NCBI RefSeq assembly: GCF_001194135.2
Contig: NC_069006.1
Span: forward strand, 19,219,081-19,261,445
Reading direction: 5' to 3'
Source of the DNA: Octopus bimaculoides
Lineage: Eukaryota
Length of the DNA: 42,365 bases
Part shown: in pieces, positions 1 through 13,063 of the stretch
How the letters are laid out: each line of letters opens with the position of its first letter
Position numbering within the stretch: position 1 is the stretch's first letter
Translations under genes and position numbers: made by a program
The notes under the pieces: model-generated
Told to the model about the DNA's origin: nothing
The model's input: the letters and a program-made list of their open reading frames with translations, nothing else
Database searches by the model: none

Positions 1-302
1 TACTACCACCACCACCACCAACAACAACAACAATGCTAAATTACTCCCAGCACATTAGTTGTGTGTGTGTGTATGTGTGCGTGCGAGTGTGAGTGTGCAA
101 AAGAGTGCAATACTAGTGTGCACAGACACCCCTGTACCCTACCCTCCTATAGTGCTGTGATATATATCTATATATATACATTATATTTAAGTATGTCAGT
201 TGCAATACTGTATGCAACCTCATCCATACACTTCTACGATAGTGCATATAACATATCTATATATATACATTATATATATTCCATATACATATATATTACA
301 TT

Positions 303-378
<76 letters not shown>

Positions 379-1496
379 TATATATTTATGTATGTATACA
401 TTATAAAATATGCTGAGTATGAAAAATATGTATTTCTCTCTAAGTATGGAGTTCTTCAAGTACTGATATTTTCATTGTCATTTGTGTCTCAATTGTGAAT
501 AGATATTTGTCTTAGTTATTTTATTTTATGGGAACAATAGTTATTAACTTATGTTAATAGTAGCTAAATTGTGTTGGTGTATTTCAATAACAGTGGGTAT
601 CCTTACTAAATAAATATAAATATATATATATAACAATATATTATAAATTAACTACCAACAAAAATAATTGGTAAGCTAACTTAAAAAACCATCACCAAAA
701 TAGCAGAAAAAAACGACAGTGAAGATATGCAGACTCTTCAAGAATCGATCCTTTTGGTTATATTAATAATAATAAAGGAGTTACGACGCAAAAACGTATA
801 AATTCAAAAGAACATATTTATCTTCTTCAATATATATTTCAGTATAAAGAATTCATTAAGATGCTTAAATGAATTGTGAAATTTTTTCGCCATGAACGGT
901 TTGTGTTTTTAAACGGAATGTATTTTTTCTGATGTTATATCTGTTCCTGAATGATGTGTNNNNNNNNNNNNNNNNNNNNNNNNNNNNNNNNNNNNNNNNN
1001 NNNNNNNNNNNNNNNNNNNNNNNNNNNNNNATATATATAAGGGCATAACTATACAAGAATGCCTCATATATATATATATATATATTTTCTTTTTTGTAAA
1101 TACTAAAATACCATGTACACAGTTTCAGATTTGATTTAGCTGAGTGGTTGCTAGCAGGTTTATCTTCTGCTGTTATGTAGTAGCATGATTTCCTCGGCTA
1201 AATATTAATGTTATCAGGCATGATTCTTTTTGGTGGTGTGAAGATTCATCATTTAATGTTACAAATGAATTATTTGGAAAGATTTAAACATTACATTGTT
1301 TGTGGTATTAGCTAATATACTTGCCTCATCAATAAGCCATCCTATAATTCATCCATTACTGATATTAATTTATACCCAATATGGAATCTGAATGAGTGAC
1401 CAAGTTCACTTATACACACTAAAATGGAAAATTGCAAAAGTTTATATATAAACACACACATATATTATATGATAAATATTACACATATATCAATAA

Positions 1497-1537
<41 letters not shown>

Positions 1538-1587
1538 ATATTATATATATATATAAATAAATATTATACATATATATGTATAATATT

Positions 1588-1643
<56 letters not shown>

Positions 1644-2582
1644 GTATGTATGTGTGTGTAGGGCTCACAAGAAAAGCATTTAAAATATGCTATTATCAAC
1701 ATAGCAACAAATTTCATGATATCAATAGATGATATTATGATGCTTCATTTTCTATTTATATATGGAACTGAAAAAACAAATAAGCAAACAACATATCTAT
1801 ATCACACAGTGAAAATAAAATGCTCTAATAATCTCGAAATACTAAACATATGAAATTTTTCATGCTTAGAAACCAGCTGTAAGATGGCACTCTAAAAGAA
1901 TACCTCCTTCCAGACTTATAACATTTAGATGTTTTATAAGTTTATAACAACAACACTTCTCCATAATACGTTCTCTGCAATTTACTCAAACTTTTGACTC
2001 TATATGATAACTTTAATTTCAAGTGCTCAACCAAATGCTACACTCACAAAAAAAATATGAATATTACTTATTTATAGTCCTTACTATAAGTTTTACCTTA
2101 TTTATTGTTTTTTTAATTTTATCATTTACGAATACATTTGTCATAAATAATGTCTATTTTATATCATCTCTTATCAACACCATTTATATATAGATATATA
2201 TATTAAATATCTACATGTTTTTGTGTGGGTCTATGTATGTCTGTACACATTTGTGTACATATATGTACACACATGTACATTGCTTCTTATTTTTTTACAT
2301 TTGCATCAAAAAAAGGTATATTTTATATAATCATTGTTAACGCTGTTATCATTTGTAGGGTATATAGTATTTCATCATTGTTATTTTTTTCATCTTTGTT
2401 GTATACATTATAATATCATTTCAATATTTCAACTAACTTTTAAATTTTAAATTAAAATTCTAAATTTTAATTAACTAACTTTAATTTTTGATATTGTCAT
2501 ATTTTTAGTTGTGAATTATTTATATAAATGTCAATTTTTAAATTGCAAACTATTTAAATAAAAAATATCTATAAAGTCACTC

Positions 2583-2845
2583 TTAACCCTTTTACTGTGG
2601 AAATCAGATGTATGTGATATATCCACTCAAAATTTCAAAACCCTTAACTGCAGAAAACAGTTTAATATCCCAATTTATCTTTTTTTTTTTTGAGGATTGT
2701 CATGTTTGAATCTATTTCTTGTCAAGATATGTGAAGTTTATTGAGACAGCATAACTTGCAGAAAATATCAGATCTGTTTTTGGGTAGATATTTAACATCA
2801 TCACTGGAATAACCATGAAATTTAATTTCACAGTTAAAGGGTTAA
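2583..2845. mobile_element. piggyBac-like MITE (TTAA-CCCTT termini)
   Basis: TTAACCCTTTTACTGTGGAAAT ... ATTTCACAGTTAAAGGGTTAA. Confidence 0.75.
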
Positions 2846-2863
2846 TAAAAATATCGTATATAT

Positions 2864-3113
2864 CCCTTCTACTATTGGCACAAGGCCTCAAGTTTTGGGG
2901 AAGGTGGCTAGTCAAATACATCAACCCCAGTTTTCAACTGGTGCCAACTGGTGCCCCTTTCAGGGGCAATGAACTAAGTATCGGTTGAGAACTGGGGTTG
3001 ATGTATGGCAAAGTTGACCTTGGCAGAATTTGAACTCAGAATGTAAAGACAGATGAAATGCCACTAAGCATTTTGTCCTGGATGCTAATAATTCTTCCAG
3101 GTTGCCACCTTAA
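2864..3113 (-). mobile_element. SINE family C with an internal inversion
   Basis: GGCAAAGTTGACCTTGGCAGAATTTGAACTCAG core; inverted block at 2920-3002. Confidence 0.8.
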
Positions 3114-3130
3114 CAATTATATATATATAT

Positions 3131-3370
3131 CAGTGGTTCTCAACCAGGGTCCATACAACCCTCTAGGGTTCACATGTGATTTAGTTATTAAAAATTATGT
3201 GCAATAAATCAGTTATACTTCTACAATACAAAAATATTTAATTTTTTTTTTATACAATTCCTAATATTTAAATGGGATGTTTAAAACTTCAAATGGTTAT
3301 GGGAAGGGGCCAGTAGAGTAAAATAGGAATCAAAGAGGTTCACAGGCAGAAAAATGGTTGAGAATCACTG
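3131..3370. mobile_element. hAT (Charlie-like) MITE
   Basis: TIRs CAGTGGTTCTCAACC / GGTTGAGAATCACTG. Flanks ATATATAT and GTGTATAT are a partial 8-bp TSD. Confidence 0.75.
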
Positions 3371-4452
3371 GTGTATATGAACATTGACAGCAATATATAA
3401 CATGGCTGGTCTCAACTCATTCTAGGGAGATAAATAATATCTCATGAAATACCTATATTAAGTGAGATAGCTAAAACTGCTGGAAAGAGAGAGAGACACT
3501 AATAAATATGAAGTTGATTTCACAGTCATACAAATCAGCCTAACCAATAATGTTTTCTCCCCATAAAGGGAAACACCCTCTTTTAAATAAACTATATTCT
3601 AAAACAAAACGAGAAAATATCGATGTTAATTATATTTAAATATCATATCAGTGCTACCGCAAACGGGAAAAATACCACAAATAAAACAATGTTTAAAGCT
3701 TTCCAAATAATTCTTCCAGAATACCTAATCATGAATCACCAGTCCACCAATATCGGACTTAATAACACTAGTATATACCTAGATACATATACATATAAAT
3801 ACATACCTATACATGTAAATATACATATATATACACACAAACACATATATACACACACACATACATACAAACATGCATGTACACACATACAAATATATAT
3901 ATGTATATATGCATGTTTCTATATATGTACACATCGACACTTTTATATATGTGTGTGTGCATGTGTGTATATATCTAAATGTATGTATGTATCTGTCTAT
4001 TTATTTATCTAACCATATATACACATACATCCACTCGTGTGTGTTTATCTATATGTGTGTATGTATCTATATATATACATACATACATACACCCATGTAT
4101 GCATGTGTGTGTGTATATATATATGTTATACATATATATGTATGTATGTAGTTATATTTGAAATATACATATCTAAGGGCTTCATTGCCCAAATTCATTA
4201 TGTACATACACTTGTAAATTTTCTTTGTAGGTCACAAGTTTAGGCAAGTTGTTTCTATTTATGGCTGACCAGTGGGTCTTCTGTCTCAAAGCCACCCATG
4301 TTGCTCAAAGGAAAGACAATGGCTGATGATACAGCTTGGCACCAGTCTTGTTGCAGGCAAATTCAAAATACAAACAAGTTTAAAAATACCACTAGGAATT
4401 TTATCCAATGCTGTGATAATTCTACTAACACAACACTCATACACACACAGTA

Positions 4453-4528
<76 letters not shown>

Positions 4529-4787
4529 TTAATGAATATCAGGGTAGAAAAAATTTTTGAAATTTTTACTACCAGTGGCCTAGCATGTAGAAAACTAGTC
4601 AATAGACTATGTAGTATTCATGTACATTTAAACACATGAGAGATGACCATCATAGGACACCTAACACGCTAGAAGGAGAAACAGATGTAAGCTAATGAAG
4701 CATATAACATAATTGCTTATTTAATTTGTCATCCTATTTCCTTATACTAGAGTAGTATAGTTTTCACGAAGCATTATCTGATATATA

Positions 4788-5086
4788 TATATAAATGTTT
4801 TTTAATGTTTTTTTTTTATCCAAAACAATGCAAGTTATAAAAAAATTAATAATACAGTTTGATTGTTATTACTATAAACTAACCCTTCTTCAGGGAATTT
4901 ACAGAGAAAAGGTGTTGAAGTTGATTTGTACAGAGTAGAGAACTCAGGTATCAACACCTTTTCTCCATAAATTCCCTGAAATATTCCAATACTAGATAAT
5001 ACTAAATAAATATCGACCTATTTTCTTAATCTTTTAATAACTTGCATTGTTTACGCTTTTAAAAAAATATTCAAAACATTTTATAT
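4788..5086. repeat. Long imperfect inverted repeat (foldback element)
   Basis: Inner arms 4889-4918 and 4951-4980 (30 nt, 2 mismatches). Outer arms include AAACAATGCAAGTTAT (4823-4838) and ATAACTTGCATTGTTT (5037-5052). Confidence 0.7.
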
Positions 5087-5287
5087 CATCATCATCATCA
5101 TCATCATTTAACTTCTGTTTTCGATGCTGGCATTGGTTGAATGGTTTAACAGGAGCCGGCCAGCCAGAGAGTTGCCCAGGCTTCAGTTGTCTGTTTTAGC
5201 GTGGTTTCTATGTCTGGATACCCTTCCTAATGTCAACCACATTACAGAGTGTGTTGGTTGCTTTTTACATGACACCAACATGAGTGC
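5086..5287 (-). mobile_element. Older family D-related copy (another at 31925-32056, +)
   Basis: (ATC)n, TTTAACTTCTGTTTTCGATGCTGGCATTGG, GGATACCCTTCCTAATGTCAACCAC. Confidence 0.65.
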
Positions 5288-5371
5288 TTATATATAATGT
5301 AATATATATATAAATGTGTGTGTGTGTGTGTGTGTATAATGTTATATCTATATGTATCTATATCTATATAT

Positions 5372-5785
5372 GTGGCACACCGTCGCTTACGACGTCGAGG
5401 GTTCCAGTTGATCCGATCAACGGAACAGCCTGCTCGTGAAATTAACGTGCAAGTGGCTGAGCACTCCACAGACACGTATACCCTTAACATAGTTCTCGGG
5501 GATATTCAGCGTGACACAGGATGACAGGCACAACAGAAACAGGAAGTAAGAGTGAGAGAAATTGTGGTGGAAGAGTACAGCAGGGTTCGCCACCATCCCC
5601 TCCTGGAGCCTCGTGGAGCTTTAGGTGTTTTCGCTCAATAAACACTCACAACGCCTGGTCTGNNNNNNNNNNCCTGGAGCCTCGTGGAGCTTTAGGTGTT
5701 TTCGCTCAATAAACACTCACAACGCCTGGTCTGGGAATCGAAACCGCGAGTCTGCTGCCCTAACCACTGGGCCATTGCGGCTCCA
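5372..5785 (-). mobile_element. SINE family A (tRNA-Arg-like head, AAC tail)
   Basis: Reverse complement of the 40880 copy. Contains a 10-N gap with duplicated flanks. Confidence 0.85.
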
Positions 5786-5885
5786 CTTATATATATATAT
5801 ATATATATATATACATACATACACATATACACATAATGTAATATATATATAAATGTATATATAAAGTAATGCATATATATATATA

Positions 5886-7920
5886 TGAAAAAAGTGAAAA
5901 AGTGGTAGCATTTGCATGATCTTTTGGGATGAGTCGGACAACTGTATCGATGATTGAACATAATAAGGACAAGATTTTATCACATATCAAATCTGAAGCC
6001 CCAGGGATGAAGAACACTGTCATCAATAAGAAAAGAGGCAAAATCTTTGAGAAAATGGAAAGTCTTCTTTCTCTTTGGATTGTTAGGTTGAATCGGCAGC
6101 GTGGTACTATTAGTCAAGGATTCATCCAAGAGAAAGCGTTGTCTTTGAGGGCCTGAAGAAAAATATCCAGATGAGAAAGGTGTAGAGTTCAAGGCAAGTC
6201 AAGGATGGTTCATGAGATTTAAGGAGCGAAGAAGTTATCACTCCATTAAGAAGCAAGATGAAAGCGCATCAGCTGATGAACAAGCAGCAATGGAATTTCC
6301 TAATGCATTAAAGAAAATCATTGAAGAAAACAGGTTTCTTCCCGAACAGATTTTTAACGTAGACGAAACTGGATTGTATTGGAAAAAATTGACAGACCGT
6401 TTATTCATTTCTAAGGAGGAGAAAACTGTTCCAGGCTACAAGGACCCAGAAGAACGTGTTACCATTACATTGGGAGGTAATTGTGCAGGAGATTTTAAGT
6501 TAAAACCATTGCTTGTGTATCATGAACACAATCCCCGTGCCCTGAAGAACATACCCAAGGCATCTGTCCCTGTTATATGGATAGCTAATTCAAAAGCATG
6601 GGTTACTGTTATTATTTTTGAAGATTGGTTCTTCAATCATTTTGAAGTACTGTAAGGAGAAGGGGATTCCTTTTAAGGTTTTACTTATCTTAGATGATGC
6701 TCTTGACCACCTGCAAAACATTGTAGGCTTTGACCCCAATGTTACCGTCGTATACCTCACCCTGAACGCTATGTCTCTTCTGCAGCCAGTGGATCAGGGA
6801 ATAAATGCTATCTTCAAGCATCACTATATGAAGTGTACACTGTGCCAAGCAATAGCTGCAACTGATCTTAATGAGTCCGTCACACTTCGAGACTTTTGGA
6901 AGATTTACGATATCTACAAGGCTGCACAGAACATAACAGCAGCATAGAATGATGTACAGAGCACAGCTATGAATGGTGTATGGAAGAAACTGTGTCCGCA
7001 GTTCACGAATGATGTTAAGGGGTTTGATAATGTTGCCATCAACAAAACGTTGGTGACTGCGACAAAAAAACTGGAAATGCATTTGGAGGAGGAGGATTTC
7101 ACAGGTTTATTTGAAAAAGACAAGCAGCCCCTTGATGAACGAAGATTTGATAGAGCTTCATGGGAAGCAAAATAAAGAAGAAGAGGAAGTCGAACCTGAG
7201 CCATGTCACTTTAACATTAAGAAAATGCAGTAAGCATTTGCATTTATTGAAAAAGGTCTTTTTATGTTCGAGGATATGGATCCAAATGCTCAACGCTTTT
7301 CCAAGATTATGGGGGCTTGTCACGAAGCTTTTGCTTTTTATAATGTAATCCTTGAGGAAAAGAAGAAGACAGTTCAAGGAACTCTCAACCGGTTTTTTTA
7401 TGCATATTGAACAAGAACAGCCCGAGACAGCTATTGATGTTGATGATCCACAGCCACCTACATCTGCGATGTAAACCACCAAATTGTATGTACGTATTGG
7501 TAAATTTAAAATAATTTAGTTCTTTTTACTATTGCAAAATAATAATAATTACTGAATTTGTTTTTTAAGCTTAAAAAAGACTTTTATTTTACAATGTCTT
7601 CTTGCAAACAGAATTCATAAGTAAAGCATCCTCGATGTACTGTAAACATTGCCAAATTGTATTCATAAATTTAGATTACTTTTTTTTTTACTATATTGTA
7701 TTAAAAAATATAAATTATTTGTTGGTAAGTTTAAAATAGGTTTCTATTAACCACATTTTATTGAAAATGCATTTATAAATAAAGTACAGAACTGGGAATG
7801 GTTATTATCAGTTTAGCCTAGAGACAAGTAAATTCAGCCTGGCCTAGCCTAGAGACAAGTTAATTTAACTTAAGTTGTGTCTCTTGGAACCAATTAATGA
7901 TGTAGGGTGAGGTATCCCTG
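5886..7920 (+). mobile_element. Tigger/pogo DNA transposon, decayed (CENP-B HTH plus DDE_1 transposase pseudogene), 5' end lost
   Basis: Overlapping ORFs 5929-6156, 6212-6655, 6618-6947, 6969-7175 and 7160-7348 give MESLLSLWI, KASQGWFMRFK, IFNVDETGLYW, LLILDDALDH and LLQPVDQGI, broken by frameshifts and stops. Right TIR ...GTGAGGTATCCCTG ends at 7920, followed by TA. Confidence 0.92.
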
Positions 7921-7968
7921 TATATATATATACATATATAAGTATATAAGTACACATATATTGAGAGA

Positions 7969-8679
7969 GAGGGTGCAGTGAATAAATTGTGATCTAAATT
8001 ATGAAAAATGAAAATAACACAGACATCTAATTTTAACAGATATATTTACCAAAGTTACATAGAAATCTCTTGAAATACTAAAGAGTAAATTTATTCAATA
8101 AAATCGTTATTGGCTTCAACCATGGCTTCCAGACGACTTTAGAATCTTCTGGACAGTCTCCTTGTTTAAGTTGATGAATGCTGCCATAATCCTTGTCTTC
8201 AGTTCATCTTTGGTCTTACAAGGAGTTTTGTTGGTCTCTCACTCAACTGTGCCCCACACATAATAATCAAAGGGTTTGCAGTGTGAGGAGTTAGATGGTC
8301 AGATGTTAGGGGTGATGTGGTCACAGAAATTGTCTGACAGCCATGACTGGGTTCTCCTGCTTGTGTGGCATGGTGCAGAGTCCTGTTGCCAGACACAGGG
8401 TCTTCCAACAGCCACCCTCTTGATCCAGGGCATCACTACCTCCCCCAGGTACTTGATGTAGGCCTCCATGTTGAGTCTGAGGCCATGTGGGAAGATGAAT
8501 GGAGGCATAACGTTGCCATCACTAGTGATCACTCCAAACACCATGTTGTTGACAGGATGCATCATGGTGCTGTTTTTTCTCACAGACAGTTCCCAACTGT
8601 GTAGTTGACAAAACCAAAAACAAAGTGCATTCTCAAAATTGAAAATATAAAGTGGCATCAATTTACCCATCGCACCCTG
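7969..8679 (-). mobile_element. Internally deleted Tc1/mariner element of the DD37D (maT) type
   Basis: Minus strand reads MVFGVITSDG...WQQDSAPCHTS...ITPNI*PSNSSHCKPFDYYVWG, with 37 residues between the last two Asp. Imperfect TIRs AGGGTGCAGTGAATAAATTG and (rc) CAGGGTGCGATGGGTAAATTG. TA at 8680. Confidence 0.88.
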
Positions 8680-9576
8680 TATATAGATGTGTTTTTGTAT
8701 GTGAATTGATATGGATGTATTTATCTATATGTATATTCACCTTCAAACAGCCACCACCAAGATACATCCCACTATACCCTGCTAGGAATCACTGTCCCTA
8801 ACACACTTAGCTTTGGCTGGGCTTTGATTTCATGTTGTGTGTCTCTAATGTAGTTGAGTGGTCTTCATTCTCTATTGGAGTGCAGAAATCTCCAACATAC
8901 ACACACACACATATATATGTAGACATAAATACATGTTATGGTTCTAAGTTATAAAATATGTATATATTATATAGTTTAATGCTGATTAAAGTAACAGACG
9001 GTGTGCCATGACTTCGAGACTCTTATAAGACTGGTAAAGGAGTCCTCCATGCAAAGCCTTCTGGGAAACTAAACAGTGGATATTTATTATAATAAAGAAA
9101 ATGTGTGTATATTGAGAGCTGACAGTACTGAATTAATTCATTTATTAATATCAAACCTGTTAAACTCATTTTGAATTAAAATTTATTTCATGATGTCTCA
9201 AAATATTTGTCATATAACTCATGAAATAGATTTAAATATAAAATGAATTTAACAGCTTTGTGTGTTGTGAATTTTCTGTTCCAAAGCACATGTATAAACA
9301 TGTATGTTTGTGTGTATGTATCTACATACACATATAATGTATATATATATATAGATAGATATATATATATGTATATACATACACACACGTACATATATAT
9401 ACATGCGTATAAACACACACGTATATAATCCTGTTCAGTAGGATCTTTAGAAAGGTGAATGGATGCCATGACAGGATTACTTAAGTCTCTCAGTTAATCC
9501 TTTATGAGAGCAAAGTATTATGCTTCACCCCACTAACACCACCACCTCCACTACCACTGACAGAACCTTCACCACA

Positions 9577-9614
<38 letters not shown>

Positions 9615-9704
9615 GCGACACCAATGGCAACATCAATACTGATTGCTGAATTATTCTGATATCCCTTCATAAATGGTAATAACAATATTAATAAACCTGA
9701 TAAT

Positions 9705-9784
9705 AGGTGCAAGCAATGGCTATGTAGTAAGAAGCTTGCTTCCCAACCACATGGATCCAGGTTCTGTCCCACTGTATGGCGCAC
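9705..9784 (+). mobile_element. SINE family B head fragment (similar fragments at 25557-25710, 30432-30555 and 31038-31160; tail fragments at 21055-21129, 21400-21440 and 22015-22080)
   Basis: GCTTGCTTCCCAACCACATGG...GTCCCACTG motif. Confidence 0.7.
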
Positions 9785-9949
9785 ACATACATACATGCAT
9801 GCATATATGCATAAACACATATATACATACATATGTACATCATGCATGCATGCACACTTACACATATGCATACATACATGCATTCATACATACATACATA
9901 CATACAAAAACATACTTATAGTGACATTATTTATATCTCTCAGTAGAAG

Positions 9950-10200
9950 CACCACTGCAAACCATATCTACTGTAAACCTACTGCAAACCATATCCACTG
10001 TAAACCTACTGCATACCATATCCACAGCAAATCCACTTCAAAGTGTATGTGCTGCAAACCCATTGCAAACCATATCTGCTGCAAACCATATCTGCTGCAA
10101 ACCATATCTGCTGCAAACCATATCCGCTGCAAACCATATCCACTGTAAACCCACTGCAAATTATATTCTGCTACAAACCCACTGCAAATTCCTATTGTAA
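9950..10200. repeat. Minisatellite built on CTGCAAACCATATC (27-nt and 16-nt units)
   Basis: ACTGCAAACCATATCCACTGTAAACCT units, then CTGCAAACCATATCTG units. Confidence 0.85.
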
Positions 10201-10744
10201 ATTCTACAGCAAGAATCTTGATATCTGCCCCTATTCCACTTCTTCCTTAAAGGAGCTGAGCATCATAGCAAAGAGTTAGATGAGAGCAAGGGTGATGGGA
10301 ACAGATAGACATGGATAACAAAAGTGGACAATGTACCCTGACACCTCACAGACACCATCAATACTGACCTCTCACTGTTGACCTTTTACCTCTGACCTCA
10401 CCTGACCAGCAGAAACACAGACAGCGTTTTGTTAATTGATTTCAATGGTGAATATTGTAATTATATTTTTCTCCATAATTTGCTCATATTATAGAGGTTG
10501 AGACATTCATTCTGAACATTTTGACAACTCATACACCAAAGTGTTGATTCACTACCCTCCCCCTGCCTACAATTGTCACATCCAGACTATAGACCCACAT
10601 AAATAATATATTATACATCTACATTGTGTATATGTGATAGATATAGATTTATACACACATGTAATATCTATATATATATATATTTCCAACATAAAATCTA
10701 AAGAGTATGAATGTGTGTGTGTCCCTTATCTGTGAAATCATTAC

Positions 10745-10780
<36 letters not shown>

Positions 10781-10900
10781 CATATAGATACATGAGCAGA
10801 CAGACATGCAAACACAATATGTATGTAATATGTATGTATACATATCTTGAAATAAATCTCCTGTGTTTCAAATATTTAAAAAAGTAAAATTCCTCTGATA

Positions 10901-10951
<51 letters not shown>

Positions 10952-10976
10952 CATAAACGTAGATAAAGATAGATAT

Positions 10977-11061
10977 GGCTGGTTTATGGGGTTACATGGG
11001 GTTTCATGTCCGTAAAATGCTTACCTTTACAGCATTTCTTCAGACCCTAAACCTGTTGGCC
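10977..11061 (-). ncRNA. Type I hammerhead ribozyme motif with complete core
   Basis: Minus strand: GGC-CAACA-GGUUUA-GGGU CUGAAGA A AUG-CUGUAAA-GGUAAGCAU-UUUACGG-A-CAU GAAA C-CCCAU-G UA / ACCC-CA-UAAACC-A-GCC. Stems I and II pair extensively. Cleavage triplet is GUA. Confidence 0.75.
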
Positions 11062-11124
11062 TATACTCTACAGCATTATAACATGGAGTGTGCTTCTTTT
11101 TCAGATTTATGATTTACTTACGAT

Positions 11125-11164
<40 letters not shown>

Positions 11165-11232
11165 CACGATTATCAATTTGTGTTGCAAGATTCCTGATGT
11201 AAAATCGTGTGTTGAAACAGATCACAAAATAC

Positions 11233-11277
<45 letters not shown>

Positions 11278-11612
11278 TGTATATGTATGCATATGTATAT
11301 ATATGAATGTATGTATATATGTACGTACTGTAAATATATTGCTGATGCCATAAGAATTTATAAACTTTTGAGAGAACGTGAAACAATTCTGTTTTGGAAC
11401 TGGATCTCCAAGCACACACAAATAATAGCATGTAAATATTAAGTTGAAAAACCCATTTTGGATACAAAAATTTGAAGGCTGTAGCAGGAGATGAACTCAC
11501 ATCCTCACATCTCCTGTAGACATGATGGCCAGCCTTCAGTTTTTTTCTATCCAAAAGGGTTTTTCAACTGAACATTTATATGCTATTTATATAGGCTCTG
11601 AGATCCATTTCC

Positions 11613-11663
<51 letters not shown>

Positions 11664-11929
11664 ATTCCTTCAGTATCTGGCTTTGTTATAACTTGAAATG
11701 GCTCTTACGAAAGTGGTATTAATATTTTATGTTGTTCAATCTTTCTCAACTAATCAATAAACCAATTGAGTGAACCTATCAGTAACGAACCTATAATGAC
11801 TACTGGAAACAGCTGCAAGCCAAATTTACTCCAATAAAGGAAAAGTGTGTAATGACCATCATTTATACCTTGTCGTATATACACACAGACACAGACACAC
11901 ACACACACACATCTGTACATATCATAAAA

Positions 11930-12245
11930 CTAGATTTATACTAACCTTAGAACCAGCTCTATACAGACATTAGAATGAGATCTATACAGGCCATAGTACC
12001 TGCTCTATCAAACCATAGAACTATTTTTATATAGACCGTAGTTCCAGCACTATATACACCATAGACAGAGCCTGATATATACAGACCAAAAATAGAACTA
12101 AACAGTTCTGTTAAGACCTTAAAACCAGTTCTGTGCATATCAATGAACTAGCTCTAAAAAACTAAAGAACCAGTTCTATTAGACCAGAGAACCAATTCTA
12201 TATAGAGCAATGAGCTAGTTTTATATAGACAATGGAACCAGTTAT
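11930..12245. repeat. Degenerate minisatellite of about 23 nt (TAGAACCAGTTCTATACAGACCA); second array at 13310-13600
   Basis: Recurrent AGAACCAGTTCTAT / CAGACC motifs. Confidence 0.75.
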
Positions 12246-12607
12246 ATATATATATATATATATAAAGGAGGTCAGGAGGTATGAGATAAATATATTTATT
12301 TCACCAGTTGATATCCATAAGATCATGACTGTTCTGTAGCCAAAATTATGAAATAATAATTTCATTAGGAGTACCCCACCAGATTAGTTAAATCCATATA
12401 TTGTGCATTAAATATATATATATATATATATACTCATACACACAACTATCTATATATATAAATAAACACATAGACAGATACATAAATACATATATAAACT
12501 GTATATCCAATGCAGGGATGGTTCAAAGTGTAACATGTGTGTATAAAGAACCTCATTTGTGTTCTTTTTGATACCTATATCTATATCTATCTATCTATAT
12601 ATATATA

Positions 12608-12856
12608 TTCTTTTACTGGTTTCAGTCATTTGACTGCACCCATGCTGGAGCACCGCCTTGAGGTGCTTTTACTCGAACAAATCAACCCCAGGACTTATTT
12701 TTTATTAAAGCCTAGTACTTATTCTATCGGTCACTTTTGCTGAACTGCTGAGTTACAGGAATGTAGGCACACCAACACCAATTGTCAAGCGGTGATGAAG
12801 GCACAAGCATGGATACAAAGACACACAAACACATAGATATATACATTTATATGTAA

Positions 12857-12888
<32 letters not shown>

Positions 12889-13063
12889 TTACATATAAAT
12901 GTATATCTATGATGGACTTCTTTCAGTTTCCGTTGACCAAATCCACTCACAAGGCTTTGGTCAGCCGGAAGCTATAGTAGAAGACACTTGCCCAAAGTGC
13001 CACACAGTAGGACTGGATCTGGAACCATGTGGTTGGGAAGCAAGCTTCTTACCACACAGCCAC
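12608..13063 (-). mobile_element. SINE family B (tRNA head, internal microsatellite, AAGTAAAAGA tail), full length
   Basis: Reverse complement of the 33950 copy with a complete tail. Confidence 0.88.

Noticed and set aside
61-498. Long ORFs rich in YI, HT, CV, LS, ER and YLSI (also 13739-14243, 23892-24248, 32677-33798 and others)
   Set aside because: Translations of microsatellites or N runs
5602-5733. 61-nt direct repeat inside SINE A
   Set aside because: The copies flank a 10-N gap, which indicates unmerged overlapping contigs rather than biology
8982-9030. CUGAUUA...AAGU/ACUU...GAGAC hammerhead-like string
   Set aside because: Two core substitutions and no stem I pairing
11018-11055. 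Minus-strand AG/GTAAGC donor suggesting a small exon
   Set aside because: All frames have stops, and the sequence is better explained as hammerhead stem II
11194-11225. CUGAUGU...GAAAC hammerhead-like string
   Set aside because: A9 is missing, stem II is poor and there is no stem I
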